A stretch of DNA of 64,000 bases from Marsupella aquatica (taxonomy: Eukaryota > Plantae > Marchantiophyta). Under the pieces are notes generated by a model, which was not told where the DNA came from, did not search any database, and saw only the letters and a list, made by a program, of their open reading frames with translations. Both the position numbers and the translations under genes were made by a program. This document shows positions 1 to 10,886 of the stretch, one piece after another. Position 1 is the first letter of the stretch, and each line of letters begins with the position of its first letter. The stretch spans positions 15,995,375 through 16,059,374 of the forward strand of contig OZ316897.1 of the NCBI GenBank assembly GCA_973895155.1, read 5' to 3'.

Positions 1-519
1 GGTGCAGTTTGTGTGTGTCCTGGAGCCCATACTGGAGATGGAAGAGGCGGATCCACAAACTAGGAGAACAGTGGTTGAGTTGAGGAAAGCTTTGAATGAT
101 GAAGTTTTGCATTTGCAATCTCAGAAAGTAGTGCATTACGTCTGAGAGAAGAGACTCAATAGGAAGATACTTCTGGAGGAAAGAACGATCAGGAATGTCA
201 ATCGGAGGTGGTGCAAAGCGACAGGAGGAACCTCTTCTGGTCCTCACACTCACGGCCACATCCGTCCATGTTAAAGTAACATTTGTCCTACTTTTCTGTC
301 CTCGTCTTGTGGGGTCCATTTTCCGGTCAAAATGTTTCTATCAAAACTCAAAAATATATATAACAGTGCAAAAGCACAAAAAAACGCTGGGAAACAGGGT
401 CCCAAAGGCCCCAAAGGGAGAACAACCCAACAAAGGGAAAGGCCTAGATAAGACCAAAGAGGCCCTTTCCATTTATTAAAATACTATATATTGCTCTGGA
501 CTGTAGAAACTCAAACCAG

Positions 520-688
520 GTGCACCACCACGTTGGACACAGTGCTCCCATGGACCACCAAAATGTTGTCTGCTCCTATGGACCACCATGTTGGACACAG
601 TGCTCCCATGGACCACCAAAATGTTGTCTGCTCCCATGGATCACCAAAATGTTGTCTGCTCCTATGGACCACCAAAATGTCCTCCATG
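520..688. repeat. Minisatellite of ~28-bp and ~30-bp units sharing ATGGACCACCA
   Basis: Unit A atggaccaccatgttggacacagtgctccc and unit B atggaccaccaaaatgttgtctgctcc(t/c), in approximate order A-B-A-B-B-B. Confidence 0.9.
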
Positions 689-839
689 GTAGTTTTGGAC
701 TCATAACATTATGAGTACTAAAATAATTTTACCTTTTACACATGCAATGCAACTAGAGAATCTTAGGAGATGAACAAAATACAAGCCCAAAATAATATTT
801 AGTAGTAAGTAAACACAATGAACATTTTTAGAAGAAGAC

Positions 840-1000
840 CCTCAACCAAAATGACCAAAACTTCATTATGACTTTGATGATAGTGTAGCTTACCTACTCC
901 TCTAGCATATCCCAAAATTAATAAGCATTTGAATTTATGAGTATGAAGTTATTACAACTGAACTCAAATTTTGGGAAATATGGTCCATGAGGGTTTCAAG
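840..1000 (+). repeat. Dispersed repeat module, probably TE-derived
   Basis: ctcaaccaaaatg...gtagcttacctactc...ctcaaattttgg..aa.tggtccatg recurs at ~1615-1760 (+) and ~10965-11140 (-). Confidence 0.75.
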
Positions 1001-1847
1001 ACCAACCTTGTGGACAATGGACAGCTTCAAATTCCATGACTATAGGTTGTTGCCAGCCTATTTTTTTAATTTTTGAGGTTTTCCTTTAATTTTGCCTAAT
1101 GTCAGCCTTGTGTGAGTGAGACAATGCTTATTCCTTATTCCTTATGTGGTTTTCCTACATTATTTTCTGACCCTCAGATCTCTATGGATTTAAGGATGAC
1201 AATAGATTCTGACTAATTAAGTCTATGGTTAGGTGGAAAACAGGTTAATGGAAGGCAGAAAACCTAGCTAATTCTCACCAATAAAAAAGACCATTGTTGC
1301 CCCTGTTTCCTCCTTTATTTTATTTTTCTTATCTTAATCCACTCTTCCTGCAGAAGTGAAATTGAAGCTAGTATAAACCACAATGTTGGACCCAGAGCTC
1401 CCGTTTGGTGGTCCATGGGATTATGGGGCCCATACCTTGATGATTTTGAGAACTGACGTTAGCACCTGCAAGACAACTATTTCACTTTAACACAATGAAA
1501 ATTTTGGGTTTGTGTTTTTTTATGTCTCGTTCTCATACAAACCCAAAAATTCCATTTAAACACAATGAAAACTAATCTAGTGAAACTTACCCCACCACAG
1601 ATTATGATTAAAAACTCAACTAAAATGGCCAAACTGTCTCTTTGATAGACATGTAGCTTACCTACTCTTCTAGCAAAACTATCAAATTTTGGAGTTTATG
1701 AATATTAAGTCATTGTAATTATACTCAAATTTTGGAAAATGTGGTCCATGGGGGTTTCAAAGGCTAGCACTGTGGTCCATGGCTTGGGGGTCTCACTAAA
1801 TGGAGGCCTCCCCATCACCTGCTACATTTTTAGGCCTCAAACCCTCT

Positions 1848-3345
1848 AGTGGTGGACCTAGCCACCCAGCGCCCTCACCAATCCCAGCACTTGCGTCTAA
1901 GTGCCCTTGGTGCCTGAACGCCTCCACGGAATACCTCGAGCAAGCATCCAAGTGCCTCTAGCACCACCAGCGGCCACTCCCATACGAAGCCGCACTTGCT
2001 CACCTACACGACCGCTACTCAACGGTCCTCACTGTCTGCACAAACAACCAAGCACCTCGGTAAGTAACCCCCCCCCCCGGATCTAGAACTTGCCAAGTCT
2101 AGCATCCTAACTCAAGCTCAACAGACATTGGTAAATAGGTCAGCGATAGATCCTCCCGATGCCATAAGCCGGAACCAGAACCCACGCCCACTGTCCGTCC
2201 AGGACAGCTCCTTCCTTGGGCGCGGCCCGGGTTCCCCCTCATACCTATCCATCACCAACTGACCGCCCTGACCTCAGGACATGCTCATGGCCCAAATAGC
2301 GTAGCTTGTCCTAAAGCTTGTCCCAAGCTTGTCCCAACACGTCAGGACCAGAACGGCCCCAACTCTAACACCGACTCCCGATTTGCCCCACTGATGGTCT
2401 AGGGACCGAGCGCTCTTGGGACTCAGCCTCCATACCTACTTGGCCTTGCCTCCCCAACGCAAGCTCTCTTGGGAGACTGAACGCGGCTTGGCTGCTGTTC
2501 GGCAGGTTTTGGTACATGGGCGAGCTAACACCCGCAAACCACGAGAACCCATGGCACCCCCAGACCCAGCTGAGCTCAGGAGGGCGTAGCCCTTCTCAAG
2601 AGCTTTCCAACGCACCTAAGAAGTACTCCAACGGACTTCCCGTTGGGAAGATATCGTCATTTCCGTTTGGCGGTTTCCCTTAGTGTCGCGACCGCCGCGG
2701 CTCACGACTCCGGTTCGCCCTTAGCCCCCAGGGAGACACCACTCCCCTCATATATGCTTCTGGAGACCTGCCACCCCCGGACCAGCTTTGGTCCCTAAAC
2801 ATTTGGCCCCCAACCCGGATCCCATCGCGCATAATGGGCGCGCCACCAACTGGCAACGCCCATAACTTTCTTGATAGGCATCCGCAAGCGGAGTGCCTTA
2901 GCCCGTTACGACCGGGCCAACCCAGTGCTCATGCCTAGGCCCTCAGGTCTGATCGCCGCTTGGGGCCCCCGACCGGCCCAACCCGTCTCGGGCCACAACT
3001 TGCGCCCCAGGCGTCCGTTGCCAATGACATCAACTCCATTGGCCTTGGGCCCAAGAGGAGCTCACTCCCAAGCCCTCAGAACTCAAAGCCCATCCGATGG
3101 TCCGGTCGGCCACCCTTGAGCCCGGCCCATTTCCCCTTGACCCAACCAGCCATAGGCTAGTCCAAGTCCTTAGTGTGTGTCCCCAGCTTGGCCCTTTGCC
3201 TCGCTAGTGCCACGTCTCATTGCCCACAAGTCTCCCCATGCTAAGTCCTCCCCGGATGGCCTATCCGGGCCTGGACCATAAGGGAGCTCGGCGTCGGAGT
3301 CAGCGACGCCGGAGCTAAGTGTTAAGGTAGTCGAGTTCCGCGACT
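1848..3345 (-). mobile_element. ~1.5-kb solo-LTR-like insertion (Ty3/gypsy-like) with non-canonical AG...CT termini
   Basis: 5-bp TSD CCTCT at 1843-1847 and 3346-3350. Imperfect terminal inverted repeats AGTGGTGGACCT.. versus AGTCGCGGAACT.. on the other strand. GC-rich block interrupting a repeat whose uninterrupted copies lie at ~20480-20770 and ~20910-21200 (-). TATATGAGGGG on the minus strand near 2750. LTR-like motifs gagctttccaacg and ccataactttc. Confidence 0.7.
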
Positions 3346-3350
3346 CCTCT

Positions 3351-3600
3351 AAACTGTAAAAATATATATATATATAATAATTCAACCCCTATAAAGTTAA
3401 AATATTCTTGAAATATTCCAAAATTTTGGTTAGAAGGACCCTAATGTTCTTATAAGTTTGAGAATTGGATTTAAAAGCCTTTATTATTCTTCTGAGAAAA
3501 TTCATAAATCTTTCTTTTGAACCAATAAAATGATCCTATCCTTCGTCGCACGTGATGTGCCATTTTTGTGGAAATGAAACCCCCAAGGTCCATGGGGGCT
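3351..3600 (+). repeat. Dispersed repeat, continuation of 1780-1847 after the insertion
   Basis: Matches the reverse complement of ~20480-20770 and ~20910-21200 (ttcaacc.ctataaa...ggttagaaggac...ttggatttaaaa...cgtcgcacgtgatgtgccatttttgtg). Confidence 0.8.
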
Positions 3601-3829
3601 TCAAATTCTATAGAAGTACTCTAAATTACCCATGTATTCATTTCATAACAGGGGGCATCTTCATATACTATTTACATAAATGAAAGACCATACTATATTT
3701 CTGGGAATTTGCAGGTCCCCATCATCTTCTCATTCATTCACCATACAGAGGATCTACAAAACTCAAAAAACTTCCTCTAAAAAGTGGCCTAATAGCCATA
3801 TGTACCTACCCCAAGGATTAAGAGTAGTA

Positions 3830-5507
3830 ATGGGAGAAGGCAAGTCATAAGGGAGATCCAATTATTTTCGACATTGCTATATGGTGAAGCACAGTTACGT
3901 TTTTTTTCCATATTTTTTTTTGGTATAAATTAGAGTTTTAATGTACTCTTACAATAAGACACTTATCAGAATAGTTACCCTATGGATGATTTTCAAACCC
4001 CTTTTGCCAAAAAAATAATCCTTGCTTTTGATTTAATTTTTTTACCCCTTTTAGGAAAATGTAAGGTTAGATATAACCCCAATCCCCAACAATGTCGTGA
4101 ATTTTTTCTGAGACAATTTCACACAGACCAGATCAGTGCAATGGTGGGAAATTTTTCCGAGACATAAGTATTGCAATTGCTTTTTCCGCAAAGCCTTCCA
4201 GCTGCAGTTGGCTCTTTTCTTAAGTTTGTTTTCAGTCTTTAAGCCGCCCAAGCACACTCTGCCAGGGAATTGAACCCTGAATTGTCCAGTGAACACTGGA
4301 CAGCCTTCCAAGCAGAGTAACCCATCTAAACCCACCAGTCTCTCTCTACAAATTTATTAATCATTGGCCACAACACTTACGGAGGCTGAGCTCTATGCAC
4401 CCTCTTGAAGACAAGGACAATACACAGCCAGGAGTAAAAAACTAGCACAACACACTCAGGTCCATGTGTAGAGCTAAGAGTTTAAAAATAAGCACAATAC
4501 ACTGAGACTGAGAGCACGACAGTTGTCCCTGAGAAGATCGAACAAGTTCAATTTCTTCAAAGTGTAGTCTCGATGCAGACCACTAAAGCATCCGGACTCG
4601 GCTGCAACGATGAGCCGCACTCTCATTGATCTGATCGTCCTGGAACATAAAAAGTTTCCTTCTTCTGGACATCGAGCTGCAGCATCAAGACAGGCAGCAT
4701 TCTGGACATCACCATCGCTCCATTCTCAGAAGTGCAGCATCGAGAGGGAGAGAGCATCGATCATCCAGGGAGAGAGCATCGATCAGCCAAGGAGACATAT
4801 ATTGAGATCGAGTCCGCAACAGTGAGGCGCAGCAGCAACCGACATCGAGCTGCAGCATCAAGAGAATCGAGAGGGAGAGCATTAATCAGCAGCAACCATT
4901 ATTGAGCATCAGGCCTGGACCCAGCAACGACCAACAATAGCAGCAACTCAAGCATCCCAAGCCCAGCTCGCAATACAGCATCAACGATACAGCGGAGACG
5001 GCAGCTCAATCCCAAGCCCAACTCACGATACAGCAACCACGATACAGCAGCGACGGCAGCAGCAATCGAGAGCATTGAGAGGCAGCAGTGACATCGAGAG
5101 CAAGCTAGCCTGAGGCCGAAAGAGAGTAGAGGAGCAGCACCCCAAGCACGAGCAGAGAGCCACGAGGAGACCACACAAAACACAGATGCGCCACGAGAGA
5201 GAGCTCCGACAAAAGGAGAGTATGAGCCTGAGATTAGCACTTCGGCCAGGAACGAGCCTGATCAGCATTTTGGCCAGGACTCTTTAGCCCTAAACTCCAC
5301 AGCCTGATTAGTCGTCGCCGTTTCAGCACTTGCCGCCCTAAACTCTCTGCATTCATCTCACAGCCCTAATCTTTTATATTTCCTTTAAACTCGTATACGC
5401 CCTAAACGTGTACACTCGTATACAATGTTTCCGCTACAAGACAAAACACAAACGAGTTCTAGGATGAGCCCCCTATATGGGAGAAGGCAAGTCATAAGGG
5501 AGATCCA
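3830..5507. repeat. Exact 31-bp direct repeats flanking ~1.6 kb
   Basis: atgggagaaggcaagtcataagggagatcca at 3830-3860 and 5477-5507. Confidence 0.85.
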
Positions 5508-8500
5508 TACATAAAAGGGTATCTCAAAGGACAGTTGTACCTGAGTTACGAGACATAAAATGCACTTATGGTCAGGACATAATAATTATAAGTTACCAAA
5601 ATATGTATCCCATAAGGTTGATATGTCCAAAAAATTAAAAGTGTAACCAAAATGTTACAGGAGAACTTTGGCACTCCCTAATCTCTTTGTAAATTGTAGT
5701 ACAGTATGGCAGGTACCCAGAAAAGCAGGAGAAAGCTAAACTTTGGACTTGTAGAGAATGGAAAGACAGGTGGGAGTGTACTTATCACACATTACCAGAC
5801 AAGTTTGGGATCCAGTTAGACAATGGGAAGAATAACCAAGTTCTATCCAGTAAATTTTCGTCTAGAGAAAAGGGGAGAAGGTTATGAAAAGGGGACAAAA
5901 GACAAAAATGTATCACTATATTGCTTTGACCTGACCTTGGTGGACATCAGGGCCACTTTACAAGACGGGCGCGGCAAGTTGAGTGATTTCTACCAGGGCT
6001 ATAACAGAGCCCGACTTTTCGTGTACGATAAGACTCTATATATTACTTTTGTCCAGCATGTCTTAAGTTTTAGTTCTCACCGCCAGATAGTCATGCTCCT
6101 GCTTGTAAATGGGTTGTGTGCCAAACCACTTCAGGTGGGTTGAATGTGTATATTAGTGGATTCTACGTATGCTAAACTGCTGTGGGCAGGTCATAGTGAC
6201 ATGCCCACAGGTGCTTCTCAAGGTGCTTGTGGTAGTTGAAGGAATCACATAAAAATACCAAAATATAACCCAGGGGTCTTCCCTGCCTGCAAGATAGTTG
6301 TGCTGCTTGCTCAAGGAGGCTTACTTTCAAAATAGATTAACTACCAAGACAAAGTCTTTTGCGCAGGTTGTTTAAATTGCAAAGGGCCAATAACAATTAC
6401 ATCCTAGAATTGACAAGGACTTTGTTCTTAACCTTCACTTTTCATCTTGTGACTTAATTGATCAATTGGTGATCATCTTGTGACTTGATCAAGCCAACAT
6501 CACTCTGTCCCTTTTGCTTGTCTTATTTTATGTTGGTTACCACCTATTACACTACAAGGACAAGGCCTGTAATTTGCCAACAGTTCGTTTAAACTATAAC
6601 CATATCTACCCTAGTTTGCGGACACCTTATGAGCCCCACTTGTCATCCTCAGGCTTCATGGTGCAATTTCAGCATAAGAAGATGCTTTTGCTTGTCTTAT
6701 CTTGTGTTATTTACATACAAGGTAATTCAATTCAGTTTTATTTTATTTTTGCTGGGGAGGCAAGAAAGACAGGGAAACCCATTATCAACTATAATTATAC
6801 ACACATGAAACCCAAGCGAAGTTCTTTTGAACATGTTGCTCAATTTGGGCACTAGCATTAAGGGTGGCTTCACAAGATCGACGTTGGGCAGGACGTTGGG
6901 GCCGTTTTGCAGTTTGTCCACCACTGAAATCCAATCTCTTGGACGTTTTATATGTTAAAATAGTGTCCCTGGGCTAAAAGAGAGTTTGGACTCCATTAGG
7001 GCCCCATGCATCGTCTAAAGCAAACAATTCATGTGAGGCTGAAACAGTTTTCTCAGAGACAACTTGGGGACCCACTCCACCTAAAAGTCACCACACTCTT
7101 TAGGCAGCGTCTTCGACTTGCTCTGGTGGGAGACAGTCCCAATTAAAGCTGAGAGAAAAACTCTGACCACTGCCTTGATGTTCAAGTTTGGCAAAGCAAC
7201 AAAGCTTCACTGACATGGATGACTGATAACTTATGGGGTTAACAAGTCAGTGGACCTGGTTCGGAACAAATTCATTTGCTGAACTTAGAAGGGGAGTGTG
7301 CTAATTTGGCTGGTTGCTGGATAAGCATAGCTTGATAAAATAGCATTAGTACTGCCAATAGTTCTCAAATTGGAGAAGTTTGATGACAATGTTTGAATTT
7401 GAAAAATATCATAGGCATCCTTTGCACACAATGCCCTCCCTCTCGCTGCTTTGGGCAATGTACAGGGGCTTTCAGTACCCGTGGAATGCTAAAGACCAAA
7501 ATGGAATGGCACAGACCAATATATGAGCAGATCGACCACCAATGGAACTAAATAATCTATCAACTTGGACAAACTTGTGCTTCAAGAATGGAAAAGTGGG
7601 TTTCACTTGATTTTGTGTACGGTTGACCAAAATTCAAAAAGAAACTGTCTAGGCATATTGTATACTGAAATGCAGCAATATCTACTCAATGGACAGCCCA
7701 TCAGGTCTTGGAGACCAGAAACAGAGGAAGGGTTCCAAAGAGTAAAGCCACCTTAACAACAATATCCTAGTTGATAAACACCTTATGAGCTCCACTAATC
7801 ATCTGGTTGCTTGATAGCTCAATGGGTCATTGTACTTAGTACATGTCTGATTTAATTACACTCTTCACCACAATTAGTGCTACGCAAGAATTAGTGTTAT
7901 TACAAAGTTAGTGTTAAATTTTGGCAAAAATTATGTTGAGTCCAAGTCACATTAATTTTTGTACGTTTTCAAAACATTTTTTCCACTTTAGTCTAAATTT
8001 CTTGTAAAAAAATGGATGATCTTGAGTCCAAAGTAACACTAATTGTTGTGGATTTTTCAGAATAGTTTTTGTCTCTCTATTTTGCCACTCTTGAGACCAC
8101 AGGAACACTAATTCATGATTGTGCCCAAAAATAGTGTTAGCAGAAAATTAGCGTGACTAACACTAATTTGCGAGTAGACCCTGAAAATGGGTGCTCTCAA
8201 ATTAGTGTTAGTCACACTAATTACAATGAACAATGTAGGTATTTGAAGAGGCGATTCAATTTGCACGAGAGTAATAACAACCATGCCTAATTTTACACAC
8301 ATCCTTCTGAGCCCCACTTGTCACCTGGTGGCTTGGTCCTCAATTCCAACATCACTTTGTTCCCTTTGCTTGTCTTACATTGAATGTTTCCATTGTAACT
8401 TTCTCTACTGGCACGACAAGGTCTTTTGAACAGGTTGTTTACGGTAATAAGACAATATAGTAATTCAAATGCAGTACTATGGAATAGTTTGTAATGTAAA

Positions 8501-10013
8501 GTGGAAAGTAATGTGGTATGAGCCAGTACCTTGAACTTTGTAATCCGAATGCACCAGATGACTGTTGACCAAAAAAGTATGAATTATCTTACAAAAAAAA
8601 AGGTTGGTATTTGACTATAAAAAAGGCTATTCTCTGGAGCCTGCTGGTCCATCAGGGTTTTGTGAAACATTTAGGTCCATGGGGGCTTCAGTTTCGCGAG
8701 AAAAGAATTCTAACAACCAGACCCTTATTTACAGACAATACTATAAATTACCTTGAGTAAAAATGGATTAATTAGAGTATTGTTTTTGGGGACGAGGGAA
8801 GAAATAGTCCATGGGCCAATAAATTCTAGAGTAGCTTGTTTCTGTCTCCTCTTTTTTTTCTTTTTGTTTTTGTTTTTTGAAGGGCTAACTTTGAGATCAC
8901 TATCTTTTTTATTTTTATTTTTAAGTTAATTTTTTAAATCCAAATGCGGAAAACCTTTAAGGAAAAAAACCAAGACAACAGAGTCCCGTCGGGGGAGGAG
9001 ACAGGAGGGGAAAATCAAACCAAAGAAAGGTGGCTGAAAGCAGGAGCACACGAAGAGAGAGGAGAGACCCAGGAACCACCCCACCAAATGCCTAAAGGAA
9101 GGAGTCACCGTCAAGGGGATTGGGGGGGGGGGGGGGGGGGCGCAAGAAAAAACCGTCATGAGAGCCAAACAAATCATGGGAAGGAGATAAACCATCAGCA
9201 GCAACCAAGCCTGTCCCCAACCAGATCCATACCGAGCAACCGTCCCATTCTTTTCCGCTGGCTGCCAAAAACCACCGGTGCCTGAGCATGATCGCCTCAC
9301 CACCAATCGCCGCCCCAATCAACAGGAGCCAAGTCCCCCAGAAGGTCAATCCCGGACCCATGGACCAAGACGAATATGTCGGGTCCAACACGTCCAGAAT
9401 ACCGAAGTCAAAGAAAACATCCGGATAACTCTTCCATGTTCTGTCTCATCTTTGATGTACTTAATACTAGGTATTTGAATTTTTGCACTGTGATATATTC
9501 ATCCATGAGGTAGTATCATTAAATCATATGCTAAACTTGGGTGTAGAATTCTCCACGGCATGGTCTGCACCAATCGACACAAGAAGTAGGCAAGTTGAAA
9601 CAGTTCTCTAAGTATGTAAGACACACCATAACTGTTATCTAGTTAAAAACAAACTAACAAAAAGCTAAGAAGTGGACCCACATTTCCTTGTTTTCCACGT
9701 GGAGGCGAGGTGGAAGGAGTGTGCACCCAGAGAGAGTTTACTGTAGCCGTTAAAAAATTGTCCTTTTCTTCTGAAAAATTGTCAGCATAATTTAATTTAA
9801 AATAGTATGGAGTCTCTCTCTAACCAGTGAAACTGAACGAACTCTACATTTTTAGGACCATCCCGAACAGGACTGGAGCTTAGCATAGCTCTCCTCTTAT
9901 ACTCTTAAAATTTTTGCATTGGGCTTTGGAAAAAAAATTAGTCAATGCATTGAGACACTTTAATTATTGAAGCCTAAATTTTTTAACGATTCTCACATGA
10001 ACAACACCCCTTA

Positions 10014-10380
10014 GAGCATCACCAACCGTGCTGGGTTTGGTTACTCTAATGGGGTGTTGAGCAAACCCAATAAAGAAAATGCAAAAAGTCAGGTCCAACC
10101 CATTCCCCCAAAAGCTGTAGGTTTTAAGGGACAGGGGTTATATTGGGTTACTGGAACTCTATGTGGAAGGGATTCTACAATAGCAGACTTTTGACAGGGT
10201 TCAATGCTGAGTTCTCAATATGTCAATCTAGGGTCATCAGTTGTTGATCTCACTTGCTGATCATTGCTCTTTGCGCAAAATCCTTTCAGGGTCGGGGCTG
10301 CCTTTTAGTTGGCCATAATAGTTAGTTTGGGTATTTGTAATGTATCAAGTAAACAAAGCCCCTTAGGATTGGAGATGCTA
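10014..10380. mobile_element. PIF/Harbinger (Tourist-type) MITE
   Basis: TIRs GAGCATCACCAA...TTGGAGATGCTA. TTA target duplication at 10011-10013 and 10381-10383. No coding capacity. Confidence 0.8.
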
Positions 10381-10688
10381 TTAGTAAAAGTGACAAAAAA
10401 AATCTTAAAAAATTAAAAATTAAATAGTAAAAGTGACAGCTACCCCTATTTCATAGCATGCGACAAGTCTAAAAAATGAGATCCATACCATGTGGACGAT
10501 GTGGCAAGCAAAATGCCTCTTCAGGTCAGATGCAGTAGGCTTGTCAAAGTTGGGATTATCAGGGCAAAACACCAGCCTGCTCTGAGGGTATTAATAGGGG
10601 GACTCAAATATTGGGTTGGGACAGGTTACTCACTCTAGCTAGTATAGGAGCCAAAACCAGCATTTTACAGTTGACCCAGGCATCCAGA

Positions 10689-10886
10689 AAAATTTAGGGG
10701 GGGGGAGTTCTTTTTAAAATGGAAGCATACTTCCCAAAGTATCCTATCAGTAAAATTTGGGGTAAAGTGAGGCACTCCATGGGGTTGAAAAAATCTAGGG
10801 GGGGAGTCCTTTTTAAAATGGAAGCATACTTCCCAAAGTACCCTATCAGTAAAATTTGGGGTAAAGTGAGGCACTCCATGGGGTTG
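10689..10886. repeat. Tandem duplication of ~100 bp
   Basis: aaaat.tagggggg..gagt.ctttttaaaatggaagcatacttcccaaagta.cctatcagtaaaatttggggtaaagtgaggcactccatggggttg occurs twice. Confidence 0.95.

Noticed and set aside
1848-3345. Polinton/Maverick identity for the AG...CT element
   Set aside because: No long TIRs, no coding capacity, 5-bp TSD and LTR-like internal motifs.
9122-9140. Long G run (and C run at ~50872-50889) as functional G-quadruplexes; poly-Pro/Gly ORFs
   Set aside because: Simple homopolymers in repeat-derived DNA; length may be error-prone and the ORFs are artefacts.
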